Shown: positions 17,916-25,901 of the stretch, one piece after another | Layout: every line of letters begins with the position of its first letter | How positions within the stretch are numbered: the first letter of the stretch is position 1 | Origin: a virus | Lineage: Duplodnaviria > Caudoviricetes | Length of the DNA: 64,000 nt | Virus record (IMG/VR): IMGVR_UViG_3300036803_000040 | Span: 1-64,000 of that record | Reading direction: 5' to 3' (one strand) | The notes under the pieces: model-generated | The model's input: the letters and a program-made list of their open reading frames with translations, nothing else | Databases searched by the model: none | Told to the model about the DNA's origin: nothing | Translations under genes and position numbers: made by a program

Positions 17916-18192
17916 CGCTGGCCTCCTGCTTCGCGTCGGTCTTCTCGCGCCACTCCTGCTTATCCGGGCACGTCGCCCAATGATTCAGCCGCAACGGCGC
18001 GCCCTGCGCCCGCGCGTGCTCAAGGGTCTTATCCGACAACGTGACAGCGAGCAACGCGCCACCCATCCGCGCCGGCTGCAGCAGCAGGATGTTGCCATTA
18101 CTGACCGGCTCACAGTCGATCGGCGCCTTTGACCCTTGCGGCGTCATCGCCCAATGCACCCCCGCCTTGCACGACCTGCACTGATCAGCCAC
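17896..18192 (-). CDS. Small Zn-binding phage protein
   Basis: CRSCKAGVHWAMTPQGSKAPID...NHWATCP. Confidence 0.65.
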   Translation of the reverse strand: MADQCRSCKAGVHWAMTPQGSKAPIDCEPVSNGNILLLQPARMGGALLAVTLSDKTLEHARAQGAPLRLNHWATCPDKQEWREKTDAKQEASGAAASD

Positions 18193-18508
18193 GAGCTCGC
18201 CTCTTCGCATCCAGCCACCGCTGAGCCCGACCACCGCTCCAATCCGGCGCGCCAGCGCCGGCGTGCGCATCATCCCACTCAGCCTGCGCCTCCTCCTGCG
18301 CTCGCGCCTGGCCGACCGTGCGCGTCTCAGTCCTGCGCACGTGGCGCAGCTGTACGCCCGTCAGCATCCCCACCGCGAGCAGCGCCAGCAGCACCGCGGC
18401 AAGCCACGAGCCCGTGCCGATCGCGCCGACGAGCAGGAAGCCCGTCAAGACGAACAGCCACGGATGCCAGCCACGCCGGCCACCGAACGAACGCCAGAAA
18501 AAGATCAT
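18185..18508 (-). CDS. Membrane protein (probable leaderless start)
   Basis: Two TM segments; TATCAT 7 nt before the ATG. Confidence 0.55.
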   Translation of the reverse strand: MIFFWRSFGGRRGWHPWLFVLTGFLLVGAIGTGSWLAAVLLALLAVGMLTGVQLRHVRRTETRTVGQARAQEEAQAEWDDAHAGAGAPDWSGGRAQRWLDAKRRARG

Positions 18509-19320
18509 GCGGCCGATGATAACGGAATGATCGGCCACTCTCGAGGGACGACGCGATCGGGTTGCGGCGGCACGTCCTTCCACGGCGCGCCGGCGTGAAA
18601 GAACTCCTCGAGCTCGATCGCCTGCACCCGCGCGGCCTTGCGCTGCCACTCATGCAGCGCGTCGAGATCCCCACGGACCCGCTCCCACTCCTGCGTCAGC
18701 TCGATGTACTCGCGGCGCTCATCCTCACCACGGCACCGGCGCACCACGCGGCCGCGCTTGCCCAGCACCCACGCCAGCCGCGCGGCGGCGAGCGCGTCGA
18801 ACGTCGCATCATGCGCCGTCGGCAGCTCCGCCCCGTAGTGCTCACACGTCGCGATCAGCTTCCGTGAGCCCTTGCGGTACTTCTGCAAGTCCCGGTCGAT
18901 CACCATCGGGTCGATCACCCGCAGCCTCGTCAGGATCTCAGCGATCGCCGGCGAGCCCAGCCGGCGCAGCTCGCGGTCAGCGACCGTCAAGTCATAGCGC
19001 GCGTTGAAGACCACCAGCGGCATGCCACGGTTCAGCATCCGCTCGAACGCCACGACCAGCTGCGCGATCGCCTCAGCGAGCTCGACGCCCTGCTGCCGGG
19101 CGCGCTCGTTCGTGATCCCGTGCACGTCGATCGCCTCCTGCGGGATCTCCACGTGCGGATTGACCAGCCACGCGTGCTCCTCAACAGTGCGCTTCTCGCC
19201 CTGCTCGAGCCGGCTCGGGCCGATCGCCACCAGCGCCGCGGACACGATCCGCGCCTCCTCCGGATCCGATGCCGTCGTCTCGAGATCGAACGCGGCCAGC
19301 GGGCCATCCCACCAGCTCAC
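18505..19320 (-). CDS. DEDDh 3'-5' exonuclease (DnaQ-like)
   Basis: FDLETT, HGIT, FNARYD, AHDATFDA. Confidence 0.9.
   Translation of the reverse strand: MSWWDGPLAAFDLETTASDPEEARIVSAALVAIGPSRLEQGEKRTVEEHAWLVNPHVEIPQEAIDVHGITNERARQQGVELAEAIAQLVVAFERMLNRGMPLVVFNARYDLTVADRELRRLGSPAIAEILTRLRVIDPMVIDRDLQKYRKGSRKLIATCEHYGAELPTAHDATFDALAAARLAWVLGKRGRVVRRCRGEDERREYIELTQEWERVRGDLDALHEWQRKAARVQAIELEEFFHAGAPWKDVPPQPDRVVPREWPIIPLSSAA
18518..18532. promoter_or_regulatory. 15-bp box GATAAC-GGAA-TGATC overlapping -10 TATCAT
   Basis: Exact consensus inside the exonuclease 3' end. Confidence 0.7.
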
Positions 19321-19619
19321 CGGTTCACCACCACCTCAGCCGGCACCCACTCCGCGCCCGGCGATCGCTCCGGGCGCCCCTGAGCCACCCAGAACTCATG
19401 GCGGATGATGTCGCGCAGCTGGCCAGCGAACTCGCGCCACGACCGGGCCCAGCGCAGCGCAGGATCGCGCACCACCCTGACTAGATCGCGCGGCAAGTCG
19501 GTGATGTTCGTGACCACCATCTGCGCCCGCGGATCCGTAGCCGCCATCCCGAGCGCGAACTCGTGCCGGATCTTCCACCGGATCTCGTCGCCGTCGAAGC
19601 TGTAGGGATCAAAGCTCAC
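19317..19619 (-). CDS. Hypothetical protein
   Basis: GTG 19619 coupled start. Confidence 0.5.
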   Translation of the reverse strand: MSFDPYSFDGDEIRWKIRHEFALGMAATDPRAQMVVTNITDLPRDLVRVVRDPALRWARSWREFAGQLRDIIRHEFWVAQGRPERSPGAEWVPAEVVVNR

Positions 19620-19750
19620 TCGCCGAACACCCGCCCTCCGATCAGCGACACACAAAGGGCCAGAAAGCCGAACGCGTCGTGATCATGGCGAGTGAGCCAG
19701 CACCCGACAGCAGCGCCCATCATCGCCAACGCCAGCAGATTTCGGATCAC
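19616..19750 (-). CDS. 44-aa membrane peptide (not in track)
   Basis: MIRNLLALAMMGAAVGCWLTRHDHDAFGFLALCVSLIGGRVFGE. Confidence 0.5.
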   Translation of the reverse strand: MIRNLLALAMMGAAVGCWLTRHDHDAFGFLALCVSLIGGRVFGE

Positions 19751-20353
19751 GCCGCCAGCTCTCGATCAGCGTCGCGTGCCGCGATCACGTCCCGGAAATC
19801 ATGCGGCTTCGCGTCCGGGTTGACGTCCGGATGCGACAGCGCCGCGGCCTTGCGCCAGTTACCGCCCTGCGCAGCGATCAGCTTCCGGCCTCGAGACGCG
19901 TCCCCGTCGCCGACGTCGCCGGCGGCGAGCTGCTTCCACCCCTGATACTGCTCACCGCGCTTCGTCACGCCGTAGCGGTCCACAGCCCGCAACGCCTGCA
20001 GTCCCAGCGCCACGGCGCGCACGTTGTCGCGCCAGTCAGAGAACTCGGTCACCTCATAGCGCAGCTGCGGCCGGCCAGGCACCGAGCCCGCAGCGAACGA
20101 CAAGACGATCCCCGGCGTGCGCGCGTTGCGGTCCGCCCGCGGCAGCCCGTCCTGGCGGATGTTCGCCGGCGCCATGTCGATCTCCATCGATCGCGTGCTC
20201 CGCGCCGTGCATCCGCAGCTCTTTCGCGAGCAGCTCCACCGTCGCCGACCACGACGCTTTGAACGGTGAGTAGCGCGTCCCGCCGGCATAGGCGAGCGGC
20301 CGCTCAAGCGGAGCGAACCGGACGAGATCCCGCAGATCGGTGTACTCGCTCAC
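19747..20353 (-). pseudogene. Phage protein with C-terminal J-domain-like HPD, split by a frameshift at about 20188
   Basis: Frame 1 (...FKASWSATVELLAKELRMHGAEHAI) joins frame 2 (MEIDMAPANIRQDGLPR...ALSHPDVNP) across one extra base. Confidence 0.6.
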
Positions 20354-20577
20354 TGCCCTTCTCCCGACAGGCGCCGCACGATCGTGAGACGCGACGGATC
20401 GATACGCCGGCCGTCGAGCATGAACCCCTGGCCATACAGCCACGAGTCCACTCGGGCCCGCTCCATCTCGGTGAGCTCGTGCCGGCCGGCCTCCGCGTTG
20501 TCGAGCGCGTCAGCCAACGACGGCTCCCCGCGGCGAATGAGATCCATCACCCGCGGCTTGATCGTGTCCTCATCCAT
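20350..20577 (-). CDS. Hypothetical protein
   Basis: AGGAGG RBS, MDEDTIKP... Confidence 0.55.
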   Translation of the reverse strand: MDEDTIKPRVMDLIRRGEPSLADALDNAEAGRHELTEMERARVDSWLYGQGFMLDGRRIDPSRLTIVRRLSGEGQ

Positions 20578-20983
20578 CCCGCGCCTCCTTTCGAGCTCGC
20601 ACACGCCGGCGCTCATCCCGCGCGACCGGCCCGTGCTTCTTACGGACACCCGGCTGCGCACGCCGGCGGGCGCGCTCCTGCCGGCCGCGGTTCATCTTCT
20701 CCCGGTTCTCCTCGCCCGGATGGCTGCGCGTGAGGCACGTCGCCAGCACGCCGCCGAGCACCGGGAACGCGATCGCGTCGCCGAGCACCACCCACTCCTC
20801 CGCGCGCTCCTCGCCCCAGATCCACGCCGGCGCCACCGGCATCAGCTCAGCGTGCAGCAGCACCCGCGAGAGATCCGCGAGCAGCGGGTCGCCGTCGAGC
20901 GTCGGCTTCACCCGCTCCTGATAGCGCTCAAGCGCGTGAGCGCCGACCTTCAGCCGGCGCGCACCGATCCGCACTGTGCTCAC
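20570..20983 (-). CDS. Hypothetical protein with HALERY motif (RelE/BrnT-like fold possible)
   Basis: LKVGAHALERYQERV. Confidence 0.5.
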   Translation of the reverse strand: MSTVRIGARRLKVGAHALERYQERVKPTLDGDPLLADLSRVLLHAELMPVAPAWIWGEERAEEWVVLGDAIAFPVLGGVLATCLTRSHPGEENREKMNRGRQERARRRAQPGVRKKHGPVARDERRRVRARKEARDG

Positions 20984-21375
20984 TCGATCACCCGCGATTC
21001 GACCAGCGGCAGCGGGGGCGCCGTGTTCTCCACGCCACCCTTCCAAGCCGTCGTCGACGGCGCGCGGAACACGCCGACCTTCGCGTCCGGCGTGCCGGCC
21101 TTGCCGGCGTACTCCTCGATCGCCGCACGCTTGCTCGAGCCGACCTTGCGCGACACCTCCACCCACGCCTCGCCGAGCACATCCTGCGGCTTCGCGGCGC
21201 GCCCGTTCGGGCCCTTGAGCTCGAGCAGCTTGATCACCTTCTCGAGCACCTCGCGGTCGACGCCGCCGCCCGGCAGCTTGATCACGAATGAGTGCTGCAG
21301 GATCACCCGCTCAGTCGGCCGGCGCTCCGCCGCCTCCTCCTCCGACACCTTCCCGTTGTTCGTCTCCGTTGCCAC
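20980..21375 (-). CDS. Hypothetical protein
   Basis: 131-aa ORF. Confidence 0.6.
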   Translation of the reverse strand: MATETNNGKVSEEEAAERRPTERVILQHSFVIKLPGGGVDREVLEKVIKLLELKGPNGRAAKPQDVLGEAWVEVSRKVGSSKRAAIEEYAGKAGTPDAKVGVFRAPSTTAWKGGVENTAPPLPLVESRVIE

Positions 21376-21640
21376 CTAGCCACCCTTCGATCGATATGCG
21401 CTCAGCGCCACAGAGATGACACCGAGCCGTCCGTTCCACCACCACGGCGCCGCAAGCCTCACAGCGCCAGCACTCCTCGCCTGCGTACTCCCACAGCCGG
21501 CCCGACCGGCGATACAACGCCCGGCCCGGCGCCGACGCCGCATAGCCCATCTCGCGCTCCGCGTCGATCCACCGATACGGGCCCGGCGCCAACGCCACCC
21601 GAGCTCCGTCCGCTGGACCGCCAAGACACGAGCCCCTCAC
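21311..21640 (-). CDS. GGPxDG plus Zn-ribbon hypothetical protein
   Basis: LGGPADG; CEAC...CHLC; 65-nt overlap with the next gene. Confidence 0.5.
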   Translation of the reverse strand: MRGSCLGGPADGARVALAPGPYRWIDAEREMGYAASAPGRALYRRSGRLWEYAGEECWRCEACGAVVVERTARCHLCGAERISIEGWLGGNGDEQREGVGGGGGGAPAD

Positions 21641-21837
21641 TCCTCGTCGAGATCAGAGCCGAGCACGTCCACCTGCGCCAGCCGCGTGCCATGCGTCAGC
21701 ACCACCAGCGCCGACGCGCCCAGAATCGCATCCGGGAGCGCCAACGGCAGCGCGTCCGGCGTCACCAGCAGATAGACGCCCAGCCCGATCGCCACGATCA
21801 ACGCCACCGCGGCGAGCACCTTCTCGAGCACGATCAC
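21637..21837 (-). CDS. Small two-TM membrane protein
   Basis: Hydrophobic 66 aa. Confidence 0.6.
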   Translation of the reverse strand: MIVLEKVLAAVALIVAIGLGVYLLVTPDALPLALPDAILGASALVVLTHGTRLAQVDVLGSDLDEE

Positions 21838-22856
21838 GACGACACCGCGGCGAGACTCGCCTCGAGGCTGGCCATCAGGCTCTCAGCCTCCGTGGCCGGC
21901 GCCGGCATGATGATCTGCGCCACCTCGCCGGCCTCCGCCTTCACGCGCAGCTCCTCGCGCAACGCGATCGCGTCATCGCGCAGGTCGTCGACCACCGACG
22001 GCGGCGCGCTCATCGCCTCGATCAGCTGAGAGAACATCGCCACCTCCTGCTCGGTGACCTGTTCCTTCTGGATCCGGGTCGCACGCGCCGGCGGCTCGCG
22101 GAAATCCTCGCTCCACACGAGCTCGAGCAGCACCAGCACCCCGCCGGCGTTACCGATCACACCGAGCGTCTGCCGCGACTTTTTCGTCAGCTTGACCACC
22201 GCCATCCGCCGCGTCGCCTTCAACGCCTCGAAGATGATCCGCAGCGCCCGCGGCGCCTTCTCATCCGCCGCGCCGACGTAGTAGGCGCCCTTCACACGGA
22301 CGCGCGGCACGTGCGTGCCATCGATGAAATACAGCACCTCCATGCGCTCGAGCTTCGTCGTGTCGTCGATCACCTCGAGCTGCGTCGTGCAGTCGATAAA
22401 CCGGCCGTCCTCGAGCCGGACGCCCTTGCGCACATTCTGCGGGAGCACCACCAGACCGGAGCCCTCCTCGACGAGCTCGCGGCCGTACTGACCGTCGACT
22501 TGCTGCAGCGGCGCGTGAGTCTTGTCGAACAGCGGGGAGCTCTCGGGATCCCGATCACCGAGCGCCGCGCGCACGCGCTCCTCGAACGTCTCCTCCGGGC
22601 CGGGATCCTCCGGGCCGGGATCGTCGGCAAGCGGGTCGCTGGCCACCGGCACGTCCGGGACATCCACGGCCGTCTCCTCGACCGGCACCGGCCGCGCGAT
22701 CGCCCGCGCCTTCAACACGCCGCCGTTCGGGCCGGCCGTGTCGAACTGCGCCAGCTTCGACGGTGACGCGACCGTCGAGAACAGACCGACGGGAACCTCA
22801 ACAGCGCCGATCTTCAGCGTCGTGAGGCTCGAAGCCTTCTTTGTTGCACTAGCCAT
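21834..22856 (-). CDS. ku: Ku DNA end-binding protein with acidic insertion
   Basis: LKIGAVEVPVGLFST, VRKGVRLEDGRFI, YYVGA, ALKATRRMAVVKL, LVLLELVWSEDFR, EQEVAMFSQLIEAM. Confidence 0.82.
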   Translation of the reverse strand: MASATKKASSLTTLKIGAVEVPVGLFSTVASPSKLAQFDTAGPNGGVLKARAIARPVPVEETAVDVPDVPVASDPLADDPGPEDPGPEETFEERVRAALGDRDPESSPLFDKTHAPLQQVDGQYGRELVEEGSGLVVLPQNVRKGVRLEDGRFIDCTTQLEVIDDTTKLERMEVLYFIDGTHVPRVRVKGAYYVGAADEKAPRALRIIFEALKATRRMAVVKLTKKSRQTLGVIGNAGGVLVLLELVWSEDFREPPARATRIQKEQVTEQEVAMFSQLIEAMSAPPSVVDDLRDDAIALREELRVKAEAGEVAQIIMPAPATEAESLMASLEASLAAVSS

Positions 22857-22897
22857 CTCGCCCTCCTCGTGAGCGTTCTCGGGGTAACGCGTACAAA

Positions 22898-22912
22898 GAT
22901 AACAGAGTGATC
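22898..22912. promoter_or_regulatory. 15-bp box GATAAC-AGAG-TGATC overlapping extended -10 TGtTATCTT of ku
   Basis: Exact consensus, intergenic. Confidence 0.75.
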
Positions 22913-22921
22913 AGACGGAAG

Positions 22922-22992
22922 TCGGGGCGCCCGGAATTGAACCGGGTCCACGTGCTCCCAAGGCACGCATGCGACCACTACACCACGCCCCG
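22922..22992 (-). tRNA. tRNA-Pro (anticodon TGG), 71 nt, CCA not encoded
   Basis: Acceptor CGGGGCG/CGCCCCG, D stem GTGT/GCAT, anticodon stem CGTGC-CTTGGGA-GCACG, T arm CCCGG-TTCAATT-CCGGG. Confidence 0.93.
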
Positions 22993-23002
22993 GCGGGGCG
23001 AG

Positions 23003-23278
23003 CTACGGTCGCAGCGCGGCGCGGACGATGCAGTCTTTGCTCTCGAGCAGCTTGCGCAGCCCAGCTGTGAGCTCGGGCCCGTCAAGCGACGATGCGGCCA
23101 GCGTGTGCGCGAGATCCCCGAACGGCTTGCTGATCGCAGCGAGCTCGGGTGGAAGATGCGCGTGATCGAAATACTGCAGCACGTGCGCCACCGACGGGTG
23201 CGCCGCCGCGCGGATCTCCTCATAGGTGAGCGTGCCCTGCTCAATCATGTGCGCCGGCAGCCCGGAGTCCTCAGCCAC
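23003..23278 (-). CDS. Conserved small phage helical-hairpin protein (possible Acb2/Tad1-like)
   Basis: YFDHAHLPPELAAISKPF...GPELTAGLRKLLESKDCIVRAAL. Confidence 0.7.
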   Translation of the reverse strand: MAEDSGLPAHMIEQGTLTYEEIRAAAHPSVAHVLQYFDHAHLPPELAAISKPFGDLAHTLAASSLDGPELTAGLRKLLESKDCIVRAALRP

Positions 23279-23660
23279 GCGCGCCGGCCTTCGGGATCGG
23301 CTTGACGTGCCCGCGCGACTGCTTGCTCGAACGGATGTTCGTCACGTCCGGGCCCGGCTGCCGGCGAGCTCTGGCCGCGGTTGGCCGCGGCGCCGGCGCC
23401 GGCGTCTCGTGCCCGTTGCGCGCCTCACGCGCCGCGTTGAGCTCGACCGCCAACGCCTCGACCTCGCTGCGGAAATACACGTCCGCTGAGCCGGCGACCG
23501 GGATGCGCGTCAGCCGCGGCACCGCGTCGCGCTTGAAATTCGGCGGCTTTATGTCCAGCAGCTTCGACGCTGCGGTGACGCCCACGAGCGTCTCGCGCTT
23601 CAGCTGCTCAGCCAGCTCGCTCGAGGAGAGGTTCGGGATCTTGGTCTTCCGTGCCGTCAT
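23271..23660 (-). CDS. HTH DNA-binding protein (excisionase/MerR-like)
   Basis: LVGVTAASKLLDIKPPNFKR...VYFRSEVEAL; leaderless geometry. Confidence 0.6.
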   Translation of the reverse strand: MTARKTKIPNLSSSELAEQLKRETLVGVTAASKLLDIKPPNFKRDAVPRLTRIPVAGSADVYFRSEVEALAVELNAAREARNGHETPAPAPRPTAARARRQPGPDVTNIRSSKQSRGHVKPIPKAGARG

Positions 23661-24267
23661 TTCCGGGGATGATAACAAGCTGATCGGGTGCTGTCACTGC
23701 GTCGAGCTCGCCGGGAACATCCGAGAACCGTGCCGGCAGGCCGTACACGTCGACGCGAGCGCCGGGCCCGCGCCCGAACTTGCGTGACCACCACAGCTCG
23801 CAGACGCGCCGGTCATCCACCCACAGCAGCCCGTTGAGCGCATCCTCGAGCGCCCTGGCCAGCTTCGTCCCGTCCGGCAGATCGGACTGATGCGGCAGCC
23901 GGTCAGCGTTCGGCTTCAGCGTGTCCGCGTTGCGGCCCGTCCCGTAGCGTTTCTTCGGGCTCTCGCCGTAGAAGATGACCCGCACCGCGATCGGCCCGTC
24001 GACGAGCTCGTGCGCGACGTCGAGCGCCTGCGCGCACGCCGAGCGGATCTCCTCCCGCCATGCGGTGCCGGCCTTGCCGCTGCTGTCCACCACGTTGACG
24101 ATCGGGATCCCGCTGTCTCTCGTGTACGGGATGAACCGCCGCTGGCCACCCTCAGCCGTCCACCGGCCCAGCGGGATCGCGTCCTTCGATCCGGCGCCCT
24201 TCGGGTCGCCGGCGACCTCGAAGCTGACGAGCGGCTGCGCGTGCTCCGGTGGCCACGTCTCGCTCAC
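23608..24267 (-). CDS. rusA: RusA-like Holliday junction resolvase
   Basis: GDPKGAGSK...PDGTKLARALEDALNGLLWVDDRRV. Confidence 0.85.
   Translation of the reverse strand: MSETWPPEHAQPLVSFEVAGDPKGAGSKDAIPLGRWTAEGGQRRFIPYTRDSGIPIVNVVDSSGKAGTAWREEIRSACAQALDVAHELVDGPIAVRVIFYGESPKKRYGTGRNADTLKPNADRLPHQSDLPDGTKLARALEDALNGLLWVDDRRVCELWWSRKFGRGPGARVDVYGLPARFSDVPGELDAVTAPDQLVIIPGNDGTEDQDPEPLLERAG
23671..23685. promoter_or_regulatory. 15-bp box GATAAC-AAGC-TGATC overlapping -10 TATCAT
   Basis: Exact consensus; ATG 23660 is 8 nt after the -10. Confidence 0.7.
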
Positions 24268-24770
24268 GCCGCCGCCTCGAGCTCGGCCAGTGCCTTGACG
24301 AGCTCGGGATCCGGCTGCGCGAACGGCATCGTCTCACGCCGGCGAGCCTCCGCGGCGATCGCCGCCTCGAGCTCGTCATCGAACAGGCCCACCCACTTCT
24401 CGGCCACGATCACCCGCCACCGGCCGCGGCTCTTCTGCCACGCCACACCCCGGAAGCGTGAGCGGGCGCCGCGATGCGAGCCGACGTTCTGCGCGTTGCC
24501 GTGCCGGTCGGTGATTCGGAGGTTCTCCCGGCGACAGTCCAGCTTGATCCGGTTCTCGTGATCGATCTCGCGGCGATCGCCGTACTCAAGCCCCATCACC
24601 GCCCGGTGCAGCAGCACGTTACGCCGCGGCAGGCCGGGCGCCTGACGGTACGCGTAGCCCTGCGAGTGAAGCGACCACCGCAGCGAGCCGAGCTCCTCGA
24701 ACACGTCATCGTCGACGAGCGCGTAGTCGCGGACGCTTCCGTCGCGAGCTCGCAGCGGGATCTGCTTCAC
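24264..24770 (-). CDS. HNH endonuclease with AP2 domain
   Basis: LLHRAVMG...IDHENRIKLDCRRENLR...N; SRFRGVAWQKSRGRW. Confidence 0.85.
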   Translation of the reverse strand: MKQIPLRARDGSVRDYALVDDDVFEELGSLRWSLHSQGYAYRQAPGLPRRNVLLHRAVMGLEYGDRREIDHENRIKLDCRRENLRITDRHGNAQNVGSHRGARSRFRGVAWQKSRGRWRVIVAEKWVGLFDDELEAAIAAEARRRETMPFAQPDPELVKALAELEAAA

Positions 24771-25738
24771 GACGCCGCCTCGAGCATCGCCCGCGCCGCC
24801 TCGTCCTGCGATTCGCTTCTCGCCGGCAGGGACGGCCGGCGCCACGGCGAAGACTGATCCGCCGGCCGCGGCGCATCTTGGGAGGATTCACCGCCGCGGC
24901 CGGCACGCAGAACCGTAACGTCCAGCCCGGCGATCGCGGGAAACTCCGCCGGCACCCGCGGCGTGAACATCTCCTCGCGCAAGTAGGCATTCCACGCCAC
25001 GATCGTCAGCACCGCCTTGACTCGCGCGTGCTGACTGTGACCCGCGGCGAGCTCGGAGCGCCACAGCGTCGCCAGCTGCGCCGGCGCGTCGACGCCCTCG
25101 CCTCTGGCCAGCTGGCGCATGAACGCGTCCGCCTCCGCGAGATCCACGACCGAGAACAGGTAGTGCAGGCCGGCCATCAGGCTCCGGGTGATCAGCACCG
25201 GCTGCGGCACCGACCCGACGCGCTTAGCGCTCAGCCTGGCCGCGAGCTTGCAGCTGTCTCGCAGGCCGGGATGGCGATCGAGCGTCCGGAGGATCTGTCC
25301 GATCGTCGGTGGCGCCAGGCCGGCCGTGAACGTCCGCTGATCGCGCTCATAGATGCAGACGATCCGCGCAGCCGCGGCGAGATTGTTCTGATCGGGCTCG
25401 CCGCGGAGCTTGAGCACATCCCCGATCGAGCGCGAGCGGCCCTGATCCATCGTCTCCTGCGACCGCGGATCCAAGCCGGTGATCAGCACCGTCCGCATTG
25501 GCGTGTCCGCCTCGATGATCGCCAGCAGCCGATGCTGCCCGTCAAGGATCTGACCGTTGAGATCGATCTTGATCGCCTCACCGTTGACCTGCCAGTCCCC
25601 ATTGAGGAGATCCACCGCGTACTGAGCGATCCTGCCTCGCACCCGCCCGCGGTTGTGTTTGTTGCGCTCGAGCAGCTTCACCGCCGCCGCCGGCGTGATC
25701 GTCGCGACCCTAGCCTGTAGCTGCGTGCCCGTCGGCAT
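24767..25738 (-). CDS. ParB/Srx-like DGQHR-motif protein
   Basis: ITPAAAVKLLERN.HNR...YAVDLLNGDW...LDGQHRLLAI. Confidence 0.65.
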   Translation of the reverse strand: MPTGTQLQARVATITPAAAVKLLERNKHNRGRVRGRIAQYAVDLLNGDWQVNGEAIKIDLNGQILDGQHRLLAIIEADTPMRTVLITGLDPRSQETMDQGRSRSIGDVLKLRGEPDQNNLAAAARIVCIYERDQRTFTAGLAPPTIGQILRTLDRHPGLRDSCKLAARLSAKRVGSVPQPVLITRSLMAGLHYLFSVVDLAEADAFMRQLARGEGVDAPAQLATLWRSELAAGHSQHARVKAVLTIVAWNAYLREEMFTPRVPAEFPAIAGLDVTVLRAGRGGESSQDAPRPADQSSPWRRPSLPARSESQDEAARAMLEAAS

Positions 25739-25901
25739 AGGGCGCCCCCCGACGGCCGCTCGAGAACGACCAGCTGTAGGTCCGGCAGTCACAGCCCGGA
25801 AACGTGCACTCACCGTATTTCTTGTGCCAGCCGCGAGCGTGGCCGCAGTGACACGGCTCCTGCGTCCGGGCCTGCTTGGCGAGCTTGTCGACAGCCGCCA
25901 T
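25710..25901 (-). CDS. Small Cys/His zinc-binding protein
   Basis: CHCGHARGWH...CTFPGCDC; TGATG coupling. Confidence 0.55.
   Translation of the reverse strand: MAAVDKLAKQARTQEPCHCGHARGWHKKYGECTFPGCDCRTYSWSFSSGRRGAPYADGHAATG

Noticed and set aside
21376-21624. Alternative minus-strand ORF 21376..21624
   Set aside because: Arg-rich and motif-free; the overlapping frame 21311..21640 has GGPxDG and a Zn ribbon.
24767-25738. DndB/phosphorothioation system from the DGQHR motif
   Set aside because: No dnd or ssp partner genes.
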